From NCBI RefSeq assembly GCF_009914755.1, contig NC_060946.1: DNA of 64,000 nucleotides; one strand, given 5' to 3'. Positions within the stretch are counted from its first letter, which is position 1. Each line of letters starts with the position of its first letter. The DNA comes from the human T2T-CHM13v2.0 reference genome, Homo sapiens. The position numbers and the translations under genes are program-made. The notes below the pieces were generated by a model. The model saw only the letters and a program-made list of their open reading frames with translations, was not told the origin of the DNA and did no database searches. Shown here piece by piece: positions 19,919-34,939 of this stretch.

Positions 19919-20654
19919 TAAGTCTAAACTGCAGTGATTTTATGATTCCACTTTTCGAGTCAGTGCCCCAGATGGTTTGCTCATTCATTCATTCACCCCA
20001 AAAAATGTTTATTGTTCACCTACTATGTGGCAAGCATCACACTAGGTACTGGGTGCTAAGCATATGGTGGTGGGCAAGAACCTCTCTAGAAAACATCAGA
20101 AATTGTCCAGCAATCCCCAGCAATGCAAAGAAAGACACAGCAAAAAAATGCATGATCAAATGCATCCAGAAGTCTGAAATTATAACTTTTATAATTGTTT
20201 CAAGTGAATTCTGAGTAGATGCTACTTAGCAGGTGGCCACAGTTCTCCCCAGTAGCTGCTGTTCCACTTAAGACACCTGCTGCTGTTTCCAGGATGCTAA
20301 CATTTACTTTGGTCTTTATGTCAATGTCATTTGCAGAGAGAGCCAGCTGTGTGGCTTTTTCTCTTTCAACATTGCCACTGAATTGTGCTTTGTTGACAGA
20401 AATTAAACACTGCTCACGTAGATAGCATCAGGGCAGCCTTCAAGACTGGTTTGAACAGGAACCTTCTGCCCAAGATGAAGAGTAGACTCTATCTTGGGGT
20501 TAGGAATGTTTTCCTTCTTTGTGGCTTGATCATCTGGCCAAATTTTACTTTACCTAGTGCTGCTTTTGTTCCCCTGGCTTTCCTTCCTTGGAGCCCTTTT
20601 AAAATAATCCTTCTCTGCTTGTGGGATTTTACCAGACAGTAAAGAACTGATGAA

Positions 20655-21040
20655 CCATAAAAAGAAAAGGTTAGACAGACAGCAGATTAGTGGTTGCCAG
20701 GTGCTGGGGGTGGGGAGAATGCTGAGTGCTTCACAGGAATGAGGACTCCTTTGCGGGTAATGAAAATGTTTTGGAACTAGACAGAAATGGTGGTTGTGCC
20801 GAATTGCAAATGTACTAAATGCCACCGAATTTTTCACTTTACAACAATTTCTTTTATGTTACATGCATTTCCCCTTAGTTACACACACACACACACACAC
20901 ACACTCACACAGACTAAACTAAACTAAACTAATTATATTAAATGAGAGAAGCCAGGTACAAGAGTACAATCTATAAGCCTAGGTATATGAGGTTTGAGAA
21001 CAGGCTAGAGTACACTATGGTGATAGAAATTAGAACAGTG
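20655..21040 (+). mobile_element. L1M 3' end fragments with an (AC)n microsatellite at ~20881-20910
   Basis: GCAGATTAGTGGTTGCCAGG...AAATGTTTTGGAACTAGA...GTACTAAATGCCAC. Confidence 0.8.
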
Positions 21041-21362
21041 GGACGGGTGTAGTGGCTCACACCTGTAATCCCAGCACTTTGGGAGGCCAAGGCGGGTGGA
21101 TAACCTGAGGTCAAGAGTTTGACACTAGCCTGGCCAACACAGTGAAACAGTGTTCTCTACTAAAAATAACAAAAATTAGCTGGGCGTGGTGGTGTGCGCC
21201 TATAGTCCCAGCTACTCAGGGGGCTGAGGCAGGAGAATCACTTGAACCCGGGAGACAGAGGTTGCAGTGACCCGAGATCACATCACTGTACTCCAGCCTG
21301 CGTAACAGAGTGAGACTCCATCTCAAAATAAATAAATAAATAAATAAATAAATAAAGGCTAT

Positions 21363-21499
21363 TGGTCAAATATGAATTTCAAAGAAACAAATTACTTTTA
21401 GTATAAGTATATCCGACATATTGCATTGTTCATCTGAAAATCTGAAATTCAAATTTAACCAGACATTTTGTATTTTTACTTATTAAATCTGGCAACCCT
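21363..21499. mobile_element. MER53 (palindromic hAT MITE), partial
   Basis: GAAATTCAAATTTAACCAGAC...TAAATCTGGCAACCCT terminal repeat. Confidence 0.8.
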
Positions 21500-21721
21500 A
21501 TGTTTGAGACATTATAGAAAGTCCTTTTGTCATTAAGGGATAAAATAGGGTGATCTATCTGGTAAAAAGAGAACAGATCACTGTCTATCACTTGGTTCCC
21601 TAGAACCCTCACCTGTGTAGTTAAATTTGAAGTCTGGAAAAATTGAACCTAAGAAGCTCCAGATTTAGGTACCCCAGGCATGGCAGGGAATTGAGATAAG
21701 ACTCAGAACTAAGAACTTTTA

Positions 21722-21937
<216 letters not shown>

Positions 21938-22819
21938 TTAAGCCCGGGAGGGAGAGGTTGCAGTGAGTCAAGATTGCGCCACTGGCGCCACTGTACTCCA
22001 GCCTGGGTGACAAAGCGAGACTCCGTCTCAAAAAAAAATAAAAAATAAAAAAGGATTGTGTCACTGCAGTCCAGCCTGGGCAACAGAGCCAGACTCTGTC
22101 TCAATAAACAAACAAACAAACAAAAAAACACAAAGACTTCCAGTCCCCTTCATTTATCCTACTCCCAGAAAGTTTGTGCCCAGACAGGAGATTGTAGGTT
22201 CTTCTCTAGAAAAACTGAGTTGTCTCAGATAAATGATCCCACACACTCTCATTTTGGGAGTCATCAAAGGAAAAGGCAAGTTTCCCCTTGATCATTTTGC
22301 AGGAAAAACCAAGCAATTAATAAGTCCTTCATATATAAATAGAGAACTTCCCATCAGATTCCTATTTCCCTCATTCTCAACTTGGCCAAACACACTAATC
22401 AAGTGTCAGGATAAAATAAAGATTTTCTTTAGGGCCTGTGTGATGGCTCAAGCCTGTAATCCTTGCACTTTGAGAGGCTGAGGTGCGAGGATCACTTGAG
22501 TCTAGGAGTTCGAGACCAGTCTGAGCTGATCACAGTGAGACCTCATTTCTACAAAAAATAATAAAATTAGCTGGGCATGATGGTGTGCACCTGTAATCCC
22601 AGCTACTTGGGAGGCTGAGCTGGGAGGATTGCTTGAGTCCAGGAGGTCAAGGCTGCAGTGAGCCATGATCACTACACTCTAGCCTGGGTGACAGAGCGAG
22701 ACTCCAACTCACCAAAAAAAAAAAAAAAAAAAAAAGACATCCGCAGATGCATTTTTTAATAAAAATAGCAATAGGTATGTATTTAAAAAGTAAAGAAATG
22801 AAGAAAATGAGGCAGGTTA

Positions 22820-22975
<156 letters not shown>

Positions 22976-23239
22976 TTACAGGAAAAACGAAAAGTTATAA
23001 AAGAATGAAAGTGTAATCATCATATACTATGTGTCTCAGCTATGAATAATAATTACATAATCACAATAGTGTGCACGCTGTAAACATTTAATAAAAATAG
23101 TGACAAAATATATTAGGAGAAGGGGGAAGGTGGGAGTGGTGGTAAAAAGAAAATTCATCACTCATTTGGAAATCAATGAATAAAGTCAAAAACTGATAAA
23201 TCAAGATAAAGCAAAGTAGACATTATTTAGAATGGTGGC

Positions 23240-23383
23240 AGCCAGATGCGGTGGCTCACAATTGTAATCCAGGACTTTGGGAGGCCGAGGCAGGCAGATC
23301 GCCTGAGGTCAGGAGTTCAAGACCAGCCTGACCAATATGGAGAAACACCGTCTCTACTAAAAATACAAAATTAGCCAGCCGTG
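23240..23383 (+). mobile_element. Alu left monomer (Sp-like), truncated just after the linker and fused to L1
   Basis: Ends at AAAATTAGCCAGCCGTG; right arm and tail absent. Confidence 0.9.
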
Positions 23384-24118
23384 TAGCCATATGTAGAAAG
23401 CTGACACGGATCCCTTCCTTACACCTTATGCAAAAATTAATTCTAGATGGATTAAAGACTTAAATGTTAGACCTAAAACCATAAAAACCCTAGAAGAAAA
23501 CCTAGGCAATACCATTCAGGACATAGGCATGGGCAAGGACTTCATGTCTAAAACACCAAAAGCAATGGCAACAGAAGCCAAAATTGACAAATGGGATCTA
23601 ATTAAACTAAAGAGCTTCTGCACAGCAAAAGAAACGATCATCAGAGTGAACAGGCAACCTACAGAATGGGAGAAAATTTTTACAATCTACCCATCTGAAA
23701 AAGGGCTAGTATCCAGAATCTACAAATAACTTAAACAAATTTACAAGAAAAAATCAAACAACCCCATCAAAAAGTGGGCGAAGGATATGAACAGACACTT
23801 CCCAAAAGAAGACATTTATGCAGTCAACAGACACATGAAAAAATGCTCATCACTGGCCATCAGAGAAATGCAAATCAAAACCACAATGAGATACCATCTC
23901 ACACCAGTTAGAATGGCAATCATTAAAAAGTCAGGAAACAACAGGTGCTGGAGAGGATGTGGAGAAATAGGAACACGTTTACACGGTTGGTGGGACTGTA
24001 AACTAGTTCAACCATTGTGGAAGACAGTGTGGCGATTCCTCAGGGATCTACAACTAGAAATACCATTTGACCCAGCCATCCCATTACTGGGTATATACCC
24101 AAAGGATTATAAATCATG
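23384..24118 (+). mobile_element. L1PA ORF2 C-terminal internal fragment (no 3'UTR, no poly(A))
   Basis: Translations [15 protein letters not shown]...[14 protein letters not shown] and [29 protein letters not shown]...[11 protein letters not shown]...[15 protein letters not shown] are L1 ORF2p; premature stop at 23727-23729. Confidence 0.97.
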
Positions 24119-24477
24119 GAATTAGAATGATCAAATTACTTGGCTACTGAACTATTTTGCATGCTTATTTCTTATTTAGGAAAACTGGGGTTAGTTTTGG
24201 GGCTCAGAACACCAAGAGGGAGGAGGCAGGAGAGAAATGGTAGGATTGGGGGAAGAGTTGTCCCAAGCAGGGGACATTCTCCTCCACCTTCTCCACTGTC
24301 TCTAAGTCCTGCAGCTGCCTAGAGGAACCACAGTACTAGGGCCAGCCTCTTTTCTTGCTACCCTTTGCCATTTGAGGTTACGGATTCCAGGCACCACACA
24401 GCGGCACCCTCCAAAATTCTTCTGCTCCTCGCCCCCTTATCTCTGGGAATCTTTCGGGCACTGCTTCCTGAACCTAG

Positions 24478-25392
<915 letters not shown>

Positions 25393-25526
25393 TAGAACCA
25401 ACTAGAGACATATTTGTCTATGTATGTACCCCACGTATTTGTACCTTCCTAATGGTCCAATTGTTTAACAATTAATGTCGATATTTCCCCTAGGAAATTC
25501 TTACTGACTCTAAACTTCCTTGACAT

Positions 25527-25528
<2 letters not shown>

Positions 25529-25574
<46 letters not shown>
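25529..25574. repeat. (AT)~23 microsatellite at an Alu tail
   Basis: Seen directly. Confidence 0.95.
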
Positions 25575-25576
<2 letters not shown>

Positions 25577-25589
25577 CTTTTTTTTTTGA

Positions 25590-25922
<333 letters not shown>

Positions 25923-25939
25923 TAATAATGTAAATATAA

Positions 25940-26140
<201 letters not shown>

Positions 26141-26859
26141 TAGTCTCAAACTCCTGACCTCAGGTGATCCGCCCCCCTCGGCTTCCCAAAGTGCTGGGAT
26201 TACAGGTGTAAGCCACCGCGCCCAGCCTTTTTTTTTTTTGAGATGGAGTCTCGCTCTGTTGCCCAGGCTGGAGTTCAACGGCATAATCTCTGCTCACTGT
26301 AACCTCCGCCTCCTGGGTTCAGGCAATTCTACTGCCTCAGTTTCCTGATTAGCTGGGATTACAGGCACCTGCCACCACGCCCGGATAATTTTTGTATTTT
26401 TAGTAGAGATGGGGTTTCATCATGCTGGCCAGGCTGGTCTCGAACTCCCAATTTCAGGCAATCTGCCCGCCCCGGCCTCCCAAAGTGTTCGGATTACAGG
26501 CGTCAGCCACCGTGCCTGGCCTTGGATCCACTTTTTATGAGAAGCTGGTATTTTTACCAATCCCAGGTTTTTGCAATTCACAATCCCACTTTTTAAAAGT
26601 GGGGAGGGGAAATGTGTCCAAAGCTAGGTCAATTTTTGCCAAGAAAGAATATTTGGCGAGAAGCGATCATCTATTACCATTCAAAAGAGTAGGAAGAACA
26701 TGATCTCAGAATATTGGATGGACTTTTAAATTTAGTACATTACGTTTTTTGAAAAATGCCCTACATTGTGCTTATTTTTCTCATTTGTCTGTTTTCATGT
26801 GGTTTGGCCCCTGGGAACCAAGAGGCCAATGCGGTTGGCAATGGCACCGCAAAGAGCTG

Positions 26860-26893
26860 CAGGGCCATCTAGTGGCCAATTGTCTTCACTGCA
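26860..26893 (-). promoter_or_regulatory. Candidate CTCF site (core plus upstream module), reverse orientation
   Basis: Minus strand TGCAGTGAA-gacaat-TGGCCACTAGATGGCCCTG: strong core match, with the TGCAG module at the canonical 6-bp spacing, in non-Alu sequence. Confidence 0.75.
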
Positions 26894-27850
26894 CATGCGA
26901 TGATGGTTGTATTCAGCAGATCCCCAAAACAAAACCCCGTAACCCACACCCAGGTTGATCCCAGTGAGGATCAACTTTTGCCACTTTCAAACATTTGTAA
27001 AATGTTTGACATTTGTTTTGTAAACATTCCTTCAGCTTTGCACTTAAAAGGATTGCCTCACTATAAATCTGAAGATTAGCTTTCCAGCCATTGAACGGTG
27101 ATTTTGAGCCACTGTTTGCCAAATCAGACAGGCCTGAGTTAGTGCTTGCTGTTGGGTGACTGGGCAAGTTACATAATCTTCCTGACTTTCCATTTCCTCT
27201 TGTGTAGCAAAGACAGGACTGTTCTGAAGATGAAGGCAAGTGTGCATGTCATGTATGTGCTACTGTTCCTGACAAATAAGTGTTTGCTACTGATTTAACA
27301 CCTCTAGAAACAAAGTCCAGTCAAGGGACAGAAACCTAATCAAACAGGCTGAAGCGAAGGCTTGCTATACGAAACCTGAGCAGCCGAGTGCAGTGACTGA
27401 CGCCTGTAATCCAAACACTTTGGGAGGCCAACACAGAAGGTTCACTTGAAGCCAGGAGTTCAAAACCAGCCTGGTCAACATGGAGAGACCCCCATCTCTA
27501 CAAAAATTTTAAAAAATTAGCCGGGTGCTCTGGCATGCATCTGTAGTCCCAGCTGTTCAGGAGGCTGAGGCAGAGGATCTCTTGAACCCAAGAATTAGAG
27601 GCTGCAATGAGCTGTGATTACAGCACCATGCTCCAGCCTGGGTAATAGACCGAGACCCTGTTTAAAAGAAAGAGAGGCCAGGCGCACTGCTCATGCCTGT
27701 AATCCCAGCACTTTGAGAGGCCAAGGCAGGTGGATGGCTTGAGCCCAGGGGTGTTAGACCAGCTTGGGCAACATGGTGAAACCCTGTCTCTACAAAAAAT
27801 AAAAAAAAATTACAGGCATATTAGCCCGGGCCTCTGATCCCAGCTACTCA

Positions 27851-27955
<105 letters not shown>

Positions 27956-28450
27956 TCAAATAAAAAGGCAAAGCACATTTTTATTAAACCAGAGAAACAT
28001 CACAGACATAAAACAGTAAAATAGATTATTCTCAGATTAAGCTTGGTGAAGACATATCCAAGTTCACATTTTTCTCTAATTCTTTCCCATCATCATACTG
28101 GTCCAACCCTATCCTCAGATTTTGCTTAGAATACTTCTTTATGGGCTGGTCACAGTGGCTCATGCCTGTATTCCCAGCACTTTGGGAGGTCAAGAAGGAA
28201 AGATCGCTTAAGTCAGGAGTTTGAGACCAGCCTGGGTAACATGATGAGACCCCATCTCTACTAAAATTAGAAGAAAAAAAATCCAGTCATGGTGGTGCAC
28301 TCCTGTAATCCCAGCACTCATGCAGCTGAGGCAGAAGGATCATTTGAGCCCAGAGGTTCAAGGCTACGATTAGGCCACTGCAGTGCAGCCTGGGGACAAA
28401 GTGAAACCCTGTCTCTCTAAAAAAAAAAAACAAAACTCAAAGAATATTTT

Positions 28451-28972
28451 TCTGAGGTGGGTGCTGTTGTCTCTGTGGTGGGTGCTATTGTCTCTCTGGT
28501 GGGTGGTGTCTCTGCAGTGGGTGCTGTTGTCTCTGAGGTGGGTGCTGTTGTCTCTGTGGTGGGTGTTGTCTCTGAGTGGGTGCTGTTGTCTCTCTGGTGG
28601 GTGTTGTTGTTTCTGAGGTGGGAGCTGTTTTCTCTCTGGTGGGTGTTGTTGTCTCTGAGGTGGATGCTGTTGTCTCTGTGGTGGGTGTTGTCTCTGAGGT
28701 GGGTGCTGGTGTCTCTGGTGGGTGCTGTTGTCTCTGTGGTGGGTGTTGTCTCTGAGGTGGGTGCTGGTGTCTCTGTGGTGGGTGTTGTTGTGTCTGAGGT
28801 GGGTGTTGGTGTCTCTGAGGTGCGTGTTGTTGTCTCTGTGGTGGGTGCTGTTGTCTCTGGTGGGTGTTGTTGTCTCTGAGTTGGGTGCTGGTGTCTCTGT
28901 GGTGGGTGTTGTTGTCTCTGGTGGGTGCTGGTGTCTCTGTGGTGGGTACAGTTGTCTCTGGTGGGTGTCTGA
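28451..28972. repeat. G/T-rich minisatellite, about 26 units of 18-21 bp (consensus GGTGGGTGCTGTTGTCTCTG[A/T])
   Basis: Seen directly; it explains the repetitive ORFs on both strands. Confidence 0.95.
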
Positions 28973-29258
28973 GAGGTTACACACACAGCCGGGGTGGCCC
29001 AAGGCCAGTGACTGGCTAATGGGGTGCTGCATAAAAGCCAGCCCCTGACCTCAAGGTGGGGCCAACACTGCAGCGCTCCCCTTGGAATCAGGCTGTGGTC
29101 AGACCTCTCCTGAAAGCACATGTTTGCTCAGCTCCCTCCCTGGCGCTGTTCCGCTTTCCTCACTTCCTTGCAGGTTTCTCCCTAGGGCCTCCCTCAATAA
29201 ATCAATTGCATGGGAATTCCTGCCTCAGTCTCTGCTTCTGGGAGCCCAGCCTAAGCCT
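28973..29258 (+). mobile_element. LTR16-family (ERVL) LTR, 3' portion
   Basis: GCCAGTGACTGGCT...CATAAAAGCCAGCCCC...CCTCAAGGTGGG and end CAATAAATCAATTGCATG...TCTCTGCTTCTGGGAGCCCAGCCTAAG. Confidence 0.75.
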
Positions 29259-29976
29259 TTAAGAGTGGGTTCCCACTGTGAGCCGTCGTAATCTGGAGTA
29301 GGGTTGTGGAGTTTGACAGCTAGGGAAGAACTGGAGGTGATGATGCTAGCTGGGGCCATCCAGGAAGGGTATCAATAGAGTCCTGTGAAGAAACACATCT
29401 TAGAGGGGAAGCAAAGTTTGATGTTACCTCTGTCTCACTCTAAAGCCTGGATTTGTAACCATGACCTTGTACTATTCTTCACTCTCTGCTTATAATATTT
29501 TTTGTTTCTGTTTTTGATAGAGTGTCTTGCTTTGTCACCCAGGCTGGATTGCAGTGTTGTGAACATGGCTCACTGCAGCCTCCACCTCCCAGGCTCAAGT
29601 GAACACCTCAGCCCCCAAGAAGCTGGGACTACAAGCATGCACCACCACACCCTGCCAAGTTTTGTATCTTTTGTAGAGACAGGGTTTGGTTATGTTCCCC
29701 AGGCTGGCCTTAAACTCCTGAGCTCAAGCAATCCGCCTGCCTCAGCCCCCCGAAGTGCTGGGATTACAAGCGTGAGCCACCATGCCCAGCCTGTAAAGTT
29801 CTTACAGTTTTAAACCGAGACTTTTCAAAAAATCATAAGAAGGCCTGGTGCGGTGGCTCACACCTGTAATCCCAGCACTTTGGGAGGCCGAGAGGCAGGT
29901 GGATCACCTGAGGTCAGGAGTTCCAGACCAGCCTGGCCAACATGGTGAAACCCCATCTCTAGTAAAAATACAATTA

Positions 29977-30135
<159 letters not shown>

Positions 30136-30657
30136 TCATAAGAACATCTTCCTTCATTAACATAGCTTCTAAGGTGTGGGCAAGGCCAGTGTTCTGTGCC
30201 CAAGAAAGTCTGCTGGGCACACTGTGACCTTCACTGAGTCTGCTGAATCAGCCCACTTTGACTCAGCCCAGATATCAGAATAGCAGGGCAGTGGGGATGG
30301 TGTTGGGATAACAGCTTAGTTATATGGGAAAAAAAATAGGAATGGTTTGCTCCATCACATCAAACTGTAAATAAATTTCAGATGCATCCAAGCACTATAT
30401 GTAAAAATGAAATGAGGCCAGTGGGGTGGGTCCTGCCTGTTATTCCAGCACTTTAGGAGGCTGAGGTGGGAGGATCACTTGAGCCCAGGAGTTGAAGACC
30501 AACTTGGGCAACATGACAAAACCCCATCCCTACAAAAAAATTTAAAAAATTAGCTGGGCATGGTGGCATGTGCCTGTAATTCCAGTTACTTGGGAGTCTG
30601 AGGTAGGAGGAACGCTTGAGCCCAGCAGGTCAAGGCAATAGAGCAAGACCCTGTCTC

Positions 30658-30843
30658 AAAAAAAAAATAAAAAAGAGAAAGAAAGAAAGAAGAAGAAGGA
30701 AAGAAGGAAAGGAAAAAAGGAAGGAAGGAAGAAAGGAAGGAAGGAAGGAAGGAAGAAAGAAAAAGAAAGAGAAAAAGGGAAGGAAGGAAGAGAGAGAGAG
30801 AGAAGGAAGGAAGGAGAAAAAGAAAAGAAAAGAAAAAAGAGAT
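30658..30843. repeat. Polypurine (GAAA/GGAA) low-complexity tract derived from an Alu tail
   Basis: Seen directly. Confidence 0.9.
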
Positions 30844-31802
30844 GCAAAAGGTACCAATCAGGAGAAACATCATTTGCTTTGCATCAAAATTAAAAGCATC
30901 TGAATGAAAAGGCACATTATAAACAAAGTGAAAAGTGACAGCCTTGATTATTGGTAGTTGACAGTGACTGTTTCTGACCCACTCTGTGGTTCTCACTTAT
31001 GAGTGTCTCATCCCTCAAGCCATTTCCTCCCCCGTCCCCACATCTGTATCTATGCCACCAATACCTGGATGAGACTAAGCGGTAGACCAGACCCCCAGTC
31101 TGGGTTCAAGCACTGGTGAGGCAGATGGACTCAGCTGGAATTATTTTCACTTTGCTTTTTTTTTTTTCACTTGTTTTTTAGAGATGGAGTCTTGCTCTTT
31201 CTCCCAGGCTAGAGTGCAGTGGCACAATCATAGCTCACTGCAGCTTTGAATTCCTGGCCTCAAGGGATCCCCTTGCCTCAGCCTCCTAAGTTGCTGGGAT
31301 CACAGGTGTGAACCACCATGCCCAGTGTCATTGGCTTTTCTACAGGACCTGCCAAAGAGCTGTGTGAAGGAGATACCTTAGACCGAGCATACTTCCTGGC
31401 CCTGGGCACAGATCCTTGGTCCTCAGACGCGCACTTGAAGTCCGGCCTCAGCTGCCCACATGGGATGAGGAATGTGTCCCGTCAGAAAGGTCTAGATCTC
31501 TGGGGGCTACTGCCATTTATCCCTTTTATTCTGGGAGAAGGTCCATGTCAGCCACCACGAAGTAAGCGTAATGTCTGAGCCACAGGTTGAAAATTTCTTG
31601 CTGTGCCACAGTTACCAGTTACTTCTGCACTTTATTCCTCACTGTGCTATTAGATGTACTTGAGGTTTCAGTGCAGCAGGGCTGGCCTGGGCTACCATGG
31701 ACAATACATAGTTTTTAAAATTATTATTATTTTTTAGGCCAGGCGCAGTGGCTCACGCCTGTAATCCCAGCACTTTGGGAGGCCCAGGTGGGCAGACCAT
31801 TA

Positions 31803-32039
<237 letters not shown>

Positions 32040-32139
32040 TCAAATTTTTATTTTGAGACGGTCTTTTAGTGGAGATGGGGTTTCGCCATGTTGGCCAGGT
32101 TGGTCTCGAACTCCTGACCTCAAGTGATCCGCCCAGCCA

Positions 32140-32655
<516 letters not shown>

Positions 32656-32870
32656 CACCATATTGTACAATAAGACTGTACTTAGGCTTCAAAAGTTGAA
32701 AAGCAGGATGAAGGAAGAAAACTGCCTCATGTCAACGTCTATCCACACCTCCACCCATCTAATGAATACTTACCAATCACCTACTCCACCAGATAGCACC
32801 AAATAGCCAAAACAAAAAGCCCAGCCTTTCAGTCAGGATGATTTTGTTTACCAGTGATGGAACCCTACTT

Positions 32871-32921
32871 TGTGTGTGTGTATGTGTGTGTGTGTGAGAG
32901 AGAGAAAGAGAGAGAGAGAGA
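32871..32921. repeat. (TG)n(AG)n microsatellite occupying the position of the retrocopy poly(A) tail
   Basis: Lies between the 3'UTR remnant and the TSD. Confidence 0.9.
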
Positions 32922-33523
32922 CCCATTTTATGTGGACACTTAAGGCCTGGGTGGAATGAGCTGGGTGGCAGGCAAGTAGAGGGTCGCAGGCCCATGCCTG
33001 ACTCTGGGAGGGGATGCCAGGCAGTGGGGACTGGCCCAGGCAGGCCAAGGGGAGTGCTGGAAGGGTGGCCCAGGCAGCCAGACCCATTGGGGGAAACTGA
33101 AGGCCAGCCCTTGGGAAGGTATCTAAGCCAGGGGGTGCGGGGCCAGAGCCTGGCCCAGGGAAGCAGGGTTGGGGCCTGGTTGGGGGCTCCCAGAGCCTAG
33201 AGGCTGACATCGCTGGGGGCCTCCCGGAGCTGCTGCTGGAACTCAAGGCGTGTCTGCCGGTTGGATTCCAGCAGCTCCTGGAAGTGGGTGTGGAGGTGGT
33301 GGTTTTCCTCCAGCTGCTCCAGACGGGAGTTGATCTGGTCCAGCATGGAGTTGCTGGCAGGTATTTTGCTTCCTCGAAGCTATCATTCTTGCCTTCCACT
33401 CCTGCCTCCAACAGCATTCCCGGGTCCCTTTTGGGGTCTGACGTTGCAGTCTCAGGCTTGATCACATCAAGGGCCGTGAAACCATGGATGGAACACAGAA
33501 ACCATCATGCTGAAAGCCCAACA
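32871..33523 (-). pseudogene. BBLN: Processed pseudogene (retrocopy) of BBLN/C9orf16 (bublin coiled-coil protein); CDS remnant 33197-33444
   Basis: Minus strand translates TSDPKRDPGMLLEAGVEGKNDSFEEAKY / frameshift / NSMLDQINSRLEQLEENHHLHTHFQELLESNRQTRLEFQQQLREAPSDVSL*, versus recalled BBLN MSGPNGDLGMPVEAGAEGEEDGFGEAEYAAINSMLDQINSCLDHLEEKNDHLHARLQELLESNRQTRLEFQQQLGEAPSDASP. Start codon is ACG, with a 1-nt deletion and one codon lost. Uninterrupted; TSD GAACCCTACTT at 32860-32870 and 33524-33534. Confidence 0.93.
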
Positions 33524-34003
33524 GAACCCTACTTAAACAAGCTTTAAAAAAAAAAAAAGTTCATGAAGGCAGGCACAGTGGCTCACATCTGTAATCTCGG
33601 CACTTTGGGAGGCTGAGGTGGGAGGATCACTTAAGCCCACAAGTTTCAGACTAGCCTGGGCAACATAGTGAGACCCCGATCTCTAAAAAATAATAAATAA
33701 TAATAATAATAAGTTAGCCAGGCCTCGTGGCACACACCTGTGGCCCTAGCTACTTGGGAGGCTGATGTGGGAGCATTGCTTAAGCCCAGGAGTTCAAGGC
33801 TGCAGTGAGCTATGATGGGACTCCTGCACTCCAGCCTGGATGACAGACCAAGACTCTGGCTAATGAGTCATATAACTAAGAAGTCTAGAGATGAACTTCA
33901 AGTACAAATGGATCCAGGAACTTAAAAGATATCACCAGGGGCCGGGCACCAGTGGCTCACACCTGCAATCCCAGCATCTTGGGAGGCTGAGGCAGGTGGA
34001 TCA

Positions 34004-34417
<414 letters not shown>

Positions 34418-34780
34418 TTATATCAAGCCTCAGAGAAGTCTTTGATTGGTTCTACTGGGCTTACATACCCAGTCCTAAGCCAGTCTCTGTGGACATGGGG
34501 ATGGGTGGTCTGACTGGCCAGCTTGAATCACAAGTCCAGCGGGATGGTGGTGGGAGAGGGACAGAGCACTATGATCGAGAGCTTCACCTGGACCACAGAA
34601 GGTGAGGACAGGTGGGCAGACAGGGGAGAACATGCCAGGCAGGGAAAATGATAGCCGTCCCTTCTAGAGCCTATAAGCCTTCCATATACTTCTGTTCCTG
34701 ACCCCAGCTTCATTCCTTTGCTGCGCCCATCCATAGACTCTGTACACCCCATCTTCATATCCATTGTGTGTGTCAGATGA

Positions 34781-34939
<159 letters not shown>

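Noticed and set aside
23529-24125. Two ORFs with real protein similarity
   Set aside because: L1 ORF2p fragments separated by a stop, lacking the endonuclease and RT domains; not a host gene or active L1
28451-28972. CRISPR-like array
   Set aside because: Eukaryotic tandem repeat with no unique spacers and no cas genes
28370-29121. Mucin-like (TETTAPT) and Q/H/P-rich ORFs of 220-234 aa
   Set aside because: By-product of a stop-poor minisatellite that is open in several frames on both strands; no splice or signal-peptide context
32848-33465. 205-aa ORF as a functional gene
   Set aside because: GTG start; BBLN similarity in this frame ends at the frameshift after about 35 codons, then it runs through the 3'UTR, microsatellite and TSD
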